A DNA stretch of 64,000 nucleotides. It comes from Asterias rubens. Taxonomy: Eukaryota. Position numbers and translations under genes: made by a program. Under the pieces are notes generated by a model. The model was not told the DNA's origin. It made no database searches and was given only the letters and a program-made list of their open reading frames with translations. The DNA is taken from the NCBI RefSeq assembly GCF_902459465.1, contig NC_047071.1, positions 17,670,001 to 17,734,000 of the forward strand. The letters are read 5' to 3'. Of the stretch, positions 13,335 through 24,400 are shown piece after piece. Within the stretch, counting starts at the first letter, position 1. Every line of letters starts with the position of its first letter.

Positions 13335-13976
13335 TTAACAATCTAAATCGAAGTAATTTGGTTATGTTAAAGTGTCAGTGTTTATGCCTCAAAATTTGAA
13401 TCTGAGAAACGTTGTTGGATTCTCAGATTGCGTCATGGACATTGGCCAGGATTTGTTGCCGATATCACAAAAAGGAGCCACCTTTTGAAATTAAATTTTC
13501 ACAGTTAAGTTTTACTAATCGAATGATTCCAACAACTAAAAGTTCCTTTTGCCTTTAACGTCCGCTGTTACTCCAGTTATTGTATGCCTAACTAACCTGA
13601 TTCGGAGAATACAGGTCTCGTCCGCAATCTCCATGTCATGAATTAGTAATGTTAAAAACACTTGTCTCGATATGTTGCAAAAGAACATCCTTAGAAACTT
13701 TCTCCTGTAGTTAGAGACAAATAAGTTGGTAAGATTTCGGAGGGGCACGTTTGTGTTCGATTGTCAAGCTTATTCTTATTTAAAATAGAAAACTGTGTAG
13801 TAGCTTTGTAATTGTATATAGACACACTCTTGTAATACCCTTTTCGTTGTTACTTGTTTACACTTTGTATGTTATCTTGTGTTTGATGAGGAGTTAAGTA
13901 CATGCAACTAAAATGTGATTGCATAAAACTTGTTCTACCTCCATGGTCTAAGTTGACATACTTCTCGATCTGGTGA

Positions 13977-14339
13977 CTTCATGCGTCACCAGGTATCGGT
14001 CTCTCTACAGAAACCATTCAAAGGCAATTTGTTTCTTATGGGGGAGGCTGGTCCTCCTGGATCGATAGACAGATCGTTATTAATAGGCCCCTTGGGAGGT
14101 GCCAGAACACACCTGGGATTCTTTAAGACATGGATCGCCTCCGCGCCGTTGTGTCTGCTGTCAACCCACATCAACGGAACAACTACCCCGTTTTGATTGG
14201 CATCTTGCAAGACATATTGCAAGAGCACACGTTGGACTTTGCTTCTGGGGTGCAGGCTTTCGATCCTTACGATGGTCTCCTGACCATATTTTGGTTATTA
14301 AAACTACCATATCCTGTGAGCTTCTATGTCATAAACTGA
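13977..14339 (+). pseudogene. Orphan coding-like segment with one in-frame stop
   Basis: Acceptor ctctctacag at 14010; frame reads ETIQRQFVSYGGGWSSWIDRQIVINRPLGRCQNTPGIL*DMDRLRAVVSAVNPHQRNNYPVLIGILQDILQEHTLDFASGVQAFDPYDGLL...; TAA at 14124-14126. An opposite-strand frame is also open. Confidence 0.3.
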
Positions 14340-14499
14340 CTGAGACCAAGTCTTCAAAAACTAAATCATATTGGCACTTCTGTGGCTTGTTATCAATATT
14401 GAAAAAAAAAACGTTTATAAATGTTGCCATAGCTTCCGCAGATCTTGTTAATGGTTCAAATGGATGCAAGCTATATGCACCATACCTCGATTATTTTAA

Positions 14500-14873
14500 A
14501 GGCACTGGCAAGACACTTAGGACATTGGTAATTACTAAAAATAATTGTTAGCAAAAAAACCTTACTTGGTAACGAGCAATGGAGAGTTGTTGATAGTATA
14601 AATAACACATTGAGAGAAACGGCTCCCTCTGAAGTAACGTAGTTTTTGAGAAAGACGTAAATTCTCACTCAAATAATAAAATACTTCAGCTGAAGCCTTA
14701 TATTATGCATCTGGAAGCACAAACAAAAATGCAATAAAGGTATTTTGTCGTTCATTATTCTCTTGCGAATTCGATGACCAATTGAGCCCAAATGTTCACA
14801 GGTTTGTTATTTTGTTGGGATACACCAAGTGAGAATACTGGTCTTTGACAATTACCAAACGTACCCAGTGCCT
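14500..14873. mobile_element. Kolobok-type MITE family A
   Basis: TTAA|AGGCACTGG ... CCAGTGCCT|TTAA; right TTAA shared with the next element. Confidence 0.85.
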
Positions 14874-14877
14874 TTAA

Positions 14878-15245
14878 AGCCATTGGACCCTTTCGGTAAA
14901 CAGTATTGTCCAAGGCCCACATTTCGTGTATCACAACTTCTATATAAAATAACAAACCTGTGAAAATTTAGGCTCAATCGAACGTCGGAGTCGGGAGAAA
15001 ATAACGGGGAAACCCACCCTTGTATCCGCACGTTTCGCCGTGTCATGTCATGTGTTTAAAATGAATCCGTAATTCTCGCTATCGAGAATTGATATTGTTT
15101 TACTGTTTTCTCAAAAAGTAAAGCATTTCATGGAATAATATTTCAGGAGAAGTCTTTCACCACTATCTTCTGTAAACCCTATAAGTTATTTGTAAATCTG
15201 TGAACTTTTTAGGGTTTTTTTCTGTACCGAAAGGGTCCAATGGCT
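14878..15245. mobile_element. Kolobok-type MITE family C
   Basis: 21-bp TIR AGCCATTGGACCCTTTCGGTA / TACCGAAAGGGTCCAATGGCT; left TTAA shared with the preceding element. Confidence 0.9.
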
Positions 15246-17908
15246 TTTAACAAAACTTTGAGTTATAAACAAAAGAATTCATACAGTTCGAGACCTGATA
15301 AGGGTTGCAAGGAAACAATAGATTCCGAACAATCCTACTGTAATGAGAAGCACGTGTACACCTGCCGAAATCACATGTGCTTCCTGGTAAAAATAAAACG
15401 AACTCCAACCTTTCAAAATTTCACAACATGTCAATGTCGTGGATCAAAAAAGTGACGAGTTATCATGGGAGCCCAGTTATTATTGCCAATCGTCAATATA
15501 TATATAGAGCTGATAAATATAGACAACTCGGCAAGACTTTGGCGGGTGAATTATTCTACTTTTCTGTTATAGGACTATACCTCTGAGAAGCTCTCATCGC
15601 TTTTTATAATAGAGATAAATCGTCTCCTGGATACCGGAATTTCTACCTCAGTGTGGCCGCACCATCAAGTGTTCTCGATTAAAACATTCAGCCTATTTTG
15701 GGAATGGCAATCGTTGAGAGAGAGAGACGGATGGAGTAGGACTGGCTGACTGTATTGAAACACGCTCTCTAATAAGATCACTTTCTGTTAACAATTTTGA
15801 GATTTTATAAAGCTCTCCAAAGAAACTATGTGCTCTTGTGGATTCTAACTTGAAAATAATTGAAAACCATGTTGTGTAGATCTTGAATTATAATTTAGTT
15901 TTATGAAAATTATAGAGTATTGTGCATGTTTTAATTGTATGCCTATAATTATGTGACCCGCCCTGCTTTTTTTCAAGTCGCGCTGTGCCATTTCACGTAA
16001 TGGGCTATTTCATGTCAGAAGGGGGGGTCTAGTATTCAATTTGTTTTCAAATTCCTCATTTTCCCATCATCGTTGTCTATACTTTCAAGCATGTACACTT
16101 TCATCATCTTTAATCAGAAAGGTTGATGTTGATCAATAGAGACGAAACAACACCTTTGATTGTGTGACGTTACGATTAATTCCATACGATGTTATAAACA
16201 TTATCTGTTTGATATCCAGCCAGGAGAAACATCCTTAGGCTATGGCGAACAATGTCTGTTGGCCCCAGTGATCGACATAGATGCTACTCTGTAGAAACAG
16301 TTCTCGCGGAAACATTTTGTTAAACCACGTTGGATTCGACTTAATCGGATGTTTCCGTATTACCTAAAACGGTTCTTGTCAAAGACAATTCATGACGTGT
16401 TATTGTCTTTGCTGACAGTGTTTGTCTACGTTAGTTTAATTCCCTGTGTCCACCGGTTATTGGATCCAATAAGACATTTGAAGAAGCACATAATTGTGTT
16501 GGCTTCGGTAGTTTCCGTGATAGCTCTGGTTCCTTTCGGGAGGTTTCGTGTGTTGATTTCATTGGATCCGAAAATGGTCGGGTTTGTTCGGTTGCGTTGT
16601 CTGATTTCTTCGTTCGCTGGAATGAGTTTGCCATCGCAAAGGCACAAACTCTGTAATTTTCTGGGCATTGTATTATTTGATTTGCGGTAACACAATGTGT
16701 GAACTGTCTTGCTGTATATTCTTCTACCGCTGAGTAGATTTTTCGGATTTTTCGGAAGACTTTTTTCGGATTGTTTCGGATTGTTCTGGACATTAATAAA
16801 CCGTGAGGTGAAAGTACTTGCCAGTATTATATTGAGAGATTTATTGAAGCTATGCAGTATACGCTTGCTCAACATCTTCTCGTTAACATAAACATTAGCA
16901 TAATGAAGGAATACATTACTTCAAATTTAGCTTGGAGTGCTTTTGTTGCCTTTTTGTAGAGTTTGAGGACATTATCGGCAGTTCAGCTGCATCAATATTC
17001 GCATCCTCTCGTTCATTAATGAGCGAGAGACATTGAGTAGATGCATCTGTTGTTATCACCACTTGGGTTATACCCGTAATATCGAAGGACACGTCAGGAG
17101 TGATCTGGTTCACAAGGAACACACCGACACTGGCTATTATTACTGTAAGCACTTATTAATTGAGTCAATTTACCAAGCAGTCAACAAATTAAGATCATTC
17201 ACGATCTCCCCTTTTGGTAATGAGAGAAGACAAATGGCACGCATTGTAACAGGCTCAGGATGTTTCTTCATTGGAGACGCAGTTCAAAGCTGTCTCATTC
17301 GGTTTCGTCAATGAACTCTCTCATTTTGGACCATGACATTATCTAACTCAATTGGGACAGGGTCATTTTTATGCCAACTGTGAAATGAAAATAATCTGTT
17401 TTCAACTATATTAAGGCTAACTCCAAGGCATTAACACAAACCACGAACATTGCTGTGAGTGGTTCGTGTTAAACTGCTTTATATTTTAGTTTCACTTGTG
17501 ATCTTTCCTTCAAGGGAAGGTTGTAAGCCTATACATTTGGCAGGGCACTCTTAAAAAAATAAAGTTAAAATGGCACCAAAGAAGTAGCTCTCGATAGTTT
17601 AAAGCGTTTTTGAGAATCACTTTACTTTGAAGTTATTGGGTTATGGGAAAACTATATCATTTTGTCCCCCCCCCCCCCATTTGAATCTAAGAATCGTTAC
17701 TGTCGGATATGTTTCTCAGATTGTGTTTTCCATTTACGGATGATTCTTCCGGCATAAACATAATCGCTTAAGATTTTCGGCGATATCACAAGAACGTGAC
17801 AACCTTTTGAAATGAAACTTTCACAGGTTATTTTTTATTGTATGTGCATTTTTATAGGTTCAAAAGCATCAAATAGTTCCATAAACCAAAGGAAGACTTT
17901 CCCTTTAA

Positions 17909-18232
17909 AGATGTTATGTCAGATTTTTTGCCCCAAACATTAAAAAATTGATCTGTTTTGAGTGGTATTTCAAAGAGTATTACCCGCTCTAAAACGAAAA
18001 AAAGTTTAACTTTTACTTTTAATGGTCAGGAACCATGACAAAAACTTAAAAGGTTTCTTATAAAACACATAAGAATTGGTCACGTGATATATTGTCGGGA
18101 TCCCGACTTTATTTCACTGCTACTAATAATTGGCGGACTTTTTCGACCAATGGCTCAAATGAAAGCTTATAACTTTCCCGAACCCCATAAAAAATTTGGG
18201 GTCAAATCGGCCAAAAATCTGACATAGCATCT
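17909..18232. mobile_element. Kolobok-type MITE family D
   Basis: TTAA|AGATGTTATGTCAGATTTTT ... AAAAATCTGACATAGCATCT|TTAA; abuts a decayed family-E end (TTTCCCT|TTAA at 17904). Confidence 0.85.
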
Positions 18233-18604
18233 TTAAAACGCCAACCGCATGTAGCAGCAGAGTTGTCTAAATCGTGAAATACAAAATGAAACCTACACTT
18301 GGTATAAAGCAGTATCGATTCATCGAATCAGAAATACTTGAAATCGAATAAGCACCCGCAGTGCACACATGGGCCCTACTGCAGAGAGCATTTAACGAAG
18401 TCGAAATGAATACACTTACAAAAGGCTATCTGGATGGCGAGAACAATAATACCTACCCTCGGGGCACTCTACCTTTTTGTGTTTCATGAGGCATTGAAAT
18501 GAGGTTAAGAATCAAGTGGCATGCAGGAGGAAACCAACACTTATAGATTGAAAACGGCTCATATTTTTCAACATGTTATTATCTGGTCTTGCTCTATCTT
18601 CAAC

Positions 18605-18816
18605 CACAGTACAACAACTAGGGTGTTAAAATTGACACCAGGGTAATGTCAAATCAAGACTTCGTGATGTTAAAATAACACACAATTATAATAGGAGAAA
18701 CTAGTGTTATTTTAGTGTTATGTTTTAACACCCAATGATGTAAATTTAGATTTTTGTTTTGGTGTATTCTTGTGACAACATACTGGTGTACCTTTTAACA
18801 CCCCTGTTTTTCAGTG
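18605..18816. mobile_element. Degenerate TIR MITE (GGGTGTTAAAA family); partial relative at ~49790-49932
   Basis: AGGGTGTTAAAATTGACACC vs GGTGTACCTTTTAACACCCCT. Confidence 0.55.
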
Positions 18817-19016
18817 CAGCAGGTTAGCTTTCTTGAATAAGCTCTCTCGTTTCGCAGAAAGGCTATCAATATAGCTATGTGGTCTAATCAGCGAAAAGGA
18901 GTTTTGTCTGATAGGCCTTTGAGCACAATTTGAGGGGATGGAGATGATGGTGCATACCAGTTGAGACGGGGGGGGGGGGGGGGTGCTAAAACAATTATCA
19001 ATAGATCGATCGTGAA

Positions 19017-19570
19017 GCCGTTTGGTCGGTGGTCTAGCGGTAAGAAAACAGCGGTGGACCTAGCAATGCAAAGGTTGCGGGTTCGAATCCCACCCGAGTG
19101 ATTTGACAGTTGATTTTGTTCACAGAACTCAGGAACGTACTAAGAATACTATGCTTAAAGACAGTGGACACTATTGGTAATTGTCAAAGACCAGTCTTCT
19201 CAATTGGTGTATCTTAACATAGACACTAAATAACAAACCTGTGAAATTTTGAGCTGAATCGGTCGTCGAAGTTACGAGATAACTATGAAGGAAAAAACAC
19301 CCTTGTCACACAAAGTTGTGTGTTCAGATGCTTGATTTCGAGACCTCAAATTCTAAATCTGAGGTCTTGAAATTAAAATTCTGGGAAAATTACTTTTTTC
19401 TCGAAAACTACGTCACTTCAGAGGGAACCTTTTCTCACAATGTTCTATACCATCAACCTCTCCCCCATTACTCGTTACCATAAGTAAGGTGTGATGCTAA
19501 TATTTTGAGTAATTACCAATAGTGTCCACTGCCTATAATACACATCGGTGTAAGGGATAGAAAATAATAT
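19017..19570 (+). mobile_element. tRNA-derived SINE interrupted by a family A MITE
   Basis: A-box-like TGGTCTAGCGG, B-box GGTTCGAATCC; body resumes (ACACATCGGTGTA) after the MITE and matches the copy at 35850-35995. Confidence 0.7.
19159..19534. mobile_element. Kolobok-type MITE family A
   Basis: TTAA|AGACAGTGGACACTATTGGTAATT ... AATTACCAATAGTGTCCACTGCCT. Confidence 0.88.
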
Positions 19571-19950
19571 GAAGCTGTTTGATATAAAAGATGACTCACA
19601 CTCATATCTGACAAGGGGGGGGGGGCTGGTCATAAAGTTTAGGGATGATGCCTTGACACACCCCTTGGGAGTGGGAGTGAACTATACACGGGTTGCAACA
19701 ATCGACTCTTCCTATGTCAGGACACGGCGGATGTCATCCATAATCTTCAATACTATCAGTGCATGGACAGAAAAAGAAAAAGAAACCGATTTGGGGGAGT
19801 CTTCGTATTATTTGATGGAGTGACTGGATGCGTTCCTTTGTGGAGTTTGGCAAGTTGTGTCTCGACGTGTATAACGCTCAGTGGTGTAAGAACTAACTAA
19901 GAACAATATTGCGGGCCGGAATATTGCGAGCCGCAATATTGCGAGCCGGA

Positions 19951-20222
19951 GTGGTCTCGATGTTTCGAACTGAATAGTCTGCTCGTCTTTACTTCAATTC
20001 AATTCAATTCAATTCAATTCAATTCAATTCAATAAACGTTTATTTTGGTATTGCCCCCACTCAATATAATACATGAGACAGACGTTTCGAATAGTATACT
20101 CTGCTCATTTATAGGAAAGATGGTCACTGTTTCGAACCTTTTTATAATCTGCTCGTCTTCAGGAGAAAATGGCAGAGTATACTTGATACCGTTCGAAGTG
20201 TCGAGACCACACCCTCTCTTTT
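19951..20222. mobile_element. Cluster of four decayed Penelope-like/hammerhead terminal motifs (three minus, one plus) around a (TTCAA)8 microsatellite
   Basis: Variants of CTGAAGA-C-GAGCAG-AGTATA-CTGTTC-GAAAC-GTC-GAGACC at 19951-19988(-), 20081-20106(-), 20125-20166(-), 20171-20222(+); same family as 63961-64000. Confidence 0.65.
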
Positions 20223-21030
20223 CGTTTGCATGGCCAATAGTTTATATAGTTAAGGAGTATTCAAATATCGCGCTCCATAGTGTGAAGGAATACGGTGATC
20301 AGAAGGTTTCGCAGTGCCGATGAGAGTTACCAAAATGAAGTATTTGATCTGCATTTATGAAGACGATCAGAGCATGTTGATCGGAAGGTCACGTTCGAAC
20401 GCCATAAGTTATTTTGGACCATACCAAATGAACAAATCAGAAATCCTTGGATGCAATCGAAGTGATGATTGCATTTCGACACTGTATCAAGTCACTTTAT
20501 TTACATAACCTGAGTGCAGTGGCAGGAGAATGTGATAAAACTCACTCGACATTCCAGCTACGTCGGATTAAAAATCAACCGGCGAAGTTATACCCTTCTG
20601 AAGAGCGCCATTTAGCCGACAATTAACAATCGATTTTTTATCGAGGGTGTCTGTACAAAGGGTGCCAAGTGTCATTTCGTTGAGGTCTCTCCCCGATCGA
20701 ATCGAACACCACCAGCTGGAACTGACATGATCAAGATAAATTTGCCAATCCAGAAGGGGTGTCATTTGGGAGCTTTGATAGCACGTCAAGGCGCGAAGTG
20801 GAATTAAATAAACGTGTTGCTTTACGCGGGAAAATACCCTTGAGAACGCATTTTTTTTAACAGTATCGGTTCACAACTCTGGGTTATTGGGAAAAACTCC
20901 CTCACTAAGTACACGCACGGTGACGTTTTAGAAATGTTCAATTCCAGCAGTTCATCCGGGAGTCAACCTATTTATGTGATGTTTCCGTGTGAATTTTGAC
21001 CAATGAAAACATGAGCAGCTCGGCCTTAAA

Positions 21031-21447
21031 AGACACTGGACACTTTTGGTAATAATTGTCAAATAATACAATACAATACAATGGGTGTTTATATAGCGCC
21101 ATTTCATTTAGACCACAGCACTTTTAAAGACCAGTCTTCTCATTTGGTGTATCTCAACATTTTTTTATGCATAAAACAAGCCTGTCGAAGTTGCGAGTTA
21201 ATAATGAAAGAAAAAACACCCTTGTCACACCACGTTGTGTGCTTTTAGATGCTTGATTTCGAGACCTCAAATTCTTAATCTGAGGTCTCGAAACCAAATT
21301 CGTGAAAAATTGCTTCTTTCGCGAAAACTACGCTACTTCAGAGGGAGCCGTTTCTCACAATGTATTATACTACCAACAGCTCTCCATTATTCATTACCAA
21401 ATTAGGTTTTATGCTAATAATTGTTATGCCTATAGTGTCCACTGCCT
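21031..21447. mobile_element. Kolobok-type MITE family A carrying an inserted retroelement 3' tail (~21065-21125)
   Basis: Family A TIRs; internal (ATACA)n plus TTTATATAGCGC motif resembling the SINE tail at 34133-34180. Confidence 0.75.
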
Positions 21448-24400
21448 CAAAAGACAACATTAGCTTAAAAATTAGTCTGATTGTTGCAAAAGTGGAAAAA
21501 ATCAACTGCACCCATTTCTATACTACGTGGGGCATGCTTTTGTGCATATTTTTGTATCAGCTTTACCTTTGTTTGTTGTGTATCTTTGTGTACCTTTGTT
21601 TGGTGTAACCGTTAGGCTACCTCCATGGTTTGAGTAAACCGTGCCTGTGTTTGAGTCGTAGCACCAATGAGCTTGTTGTAGATAGCTCCATGGCTGAAGC
21701 TTGTAGTGCTTACATTTTTGTATGCATTGACTAAATTGTGTGACATACCTCTTTAATTCTGACTTATACCAAGCCCTGCACTTGAAACACAGTGTATGGC
21801 CTCAAGGTATAATTTGCTAAATACCAACCCATAACACCCCTGAACCACGGTCTGTAGGCCCCCTCGGCTTAAAATAGTGCTTCTCCATTGGGATCAACAG
21901 TTCACATTAACTGTAGGGTATTATCAGGTAATCATGTAGTGGTCCAGTTTAATGCCAGGGACCGGGGGTGTTTTCAACTGGAGTCACCTGGGGAGGGAGG
22001 TTGGTCCTTACCCCCACTAAGATGGTAACTGTGCAATTGCCCTCGTCTGACCCCAGTCCGCTGTTTAACAAGTAGAGTCACTGGGGGTGATGTTGGTTTA
22101 TAGGTTAAAGGGAAGATGTGAATGAAACATTGTGTATGTTTTGCAAAGTTTGTACTACTGTGGTGTACACTCTTATTATTGATACAAGACTGAATGTCAC
22201 ACACTTGATCTACAATAATCGAGAGGAAAAAGGTTGTGACAATTGCCATCTGTTCGCATTTCGTCTTTGCTGTTTTAGGTGAAGGTGCCTATTGCTTCTT
22301 CTTTGAGTGGTGTCATCGGTCAAGGATGTTACTGTTACTGTTAGAGAAATTTCTCATTAACTTTGGTACAATGGATGATCAAACTCTGCGTTATATTACA
22401 ACAGAGCTATCCCCAGATTTCTCATGCTTATATTTCATCTGCTGTCAAAAACCCAGTGTTTAAAAAGCAACATAGGTGCTGACCTACACCCATATCACTT
22501 TGGTAACGACAAATCTTGGGGAACATTCATATATCTTTGACCGAACGTAGTATTTATCCCCGACTTTCTTTTTGGGAAAATGAAGTTCTACAAACAAAAA
22601 TCCAGTGAGAACGGAATCTCCTTCCGTAGAAATTGTACACAATTTTAACAACAACTCTTCCGCTATGATTGTGTATAGGTGCTGTGATAAGCTTGTAAAG
22701 CAATTCGTGCAAATGGCGGCCATGAACAGATTTCAGCGAAGTCTGCGATTGTAAATAATATTAAATAAAGCCAATCCCCTGACAGCTATACAACTGTATC
22801 CGACCTCACAGTCTACAACCCTAAGCCACCTCTTCCATCATCCACAAAAGATATACAATATATTGACATAATAATAGCGGAGGGTAATTTTTCTTCCATG
22901 GGAAGACCGCTCAGTAATAATGGACTGGAGTTGGACGGTTCATTAAACCCGTCAGACGGTAGGAGCCTACTACTGTTTGCAATCACTGCTGGAAGCTTCC
23001 GTGTTCACACGTTCAATGGTAGCCGACCTGTTATTCAAAGCCCATTCAAACAATGTATTATATTTGGGGGGATAACTTCAGAAACAAAGTTCTTTTCAGA
23101 AACTCCGAAAGAGTTTTCTGATACGGTCGGTGTTTTGAGCTCCCTTGTTTGCAACACTTAACTCGTTCGTGTTTATTGTATAGCAGATATGTAATATATT
23201 CTTAAGGGATTAAATCTGCCCACTTGTCGACGACATTACGGCGATTTTATCAATAACCGCTGGAGCGAAAACCTGTTTTTTAAAGAAGATAAACATAACC
23301 TTGAAAATCTCTTCAGACGAAGAGAGAAGAAAAAAACCTTCGAAAATAAAAAAGTTCATTGACAAACGTGTTTGGTGGATTCCCCGGACCGAAAACGACC
23401 GAAAACTTCCGTGCACGCGGGACGCAACCACCCACGAAAAGGTGTCAATCATCCGTCAAAGAACGCCCTCATGCGGTGAAGTGCGAAACATTAAATTAAT
23501 TCCTGACCTGCCGAGACCGGTGTATACTTGGGAATTCCAGCTGATCTGTTCACACCTGTTGTAACAAGCGTAGTTTTCCACACATGCCTGAATTGATTTC
23601 ACTCAAAGACTTGGCCATGAACGTTTAGCTAGTTTGGAATGACCCCTTTAAAACAACATACGGGGATATCGTATTTTAGTTTGCATCAGTGAGCGAGCAC
23701 TTATTTTGAATTAAAAACAAAAGCAAACCAAAACCTAACACATACCGATAATGCATCTTAGCATGAAAGCTTGGAAAATATTGCCGACTCTGGGTTTCAC
23801 CTCCGGGACAATTGAACTTATAAAATAATTTGTGACAATGATAATGCTCCAAAAGAGTAAAACCTCGTATGAAAAGAAAGGTTTCTTAAATAAAGGCTAC
23901 CGAGTTGAATGAGTTTCTATTAAACTCGAAGGTACCCTATCCTATACCGACAGCCACTATACATGTTTTGAAAAATTTCCTGTAAAATGTGACCATTCCT
24001 CTCTGTCAACACATAATTATGAACCAAGCCTGAAGTTGAGTTTAATGACGTTTCACAGCTTGAAGTAAAAAATGTCCCAGTATCTGTTTCAGGCCGGTTC
24101 TCATAATTGTGGCACTTGCATTTTGGTAAAACAGCGCACCTTGAAATATTGTATGACAACAGAATGATGTGAACTAGTTTGTAGATAATTGTTGTTTAGG
24201 GTCAATATCCATGGCATAATAGCCCCCAAGTTATTCAACTTGTTGAAGGTTATAGGGGCAGCCATGGTCGTGAATCGATCCTCGATATGACTATATGAAT
24301 TTCCAAATCTTTCGTCGAACAACAAGCATAAATTACACTTTATGAAGCAAGTCGTAAAACCAATGCCGTTCCACTTTTGCACAATCGGGGAGCTGTTTGG

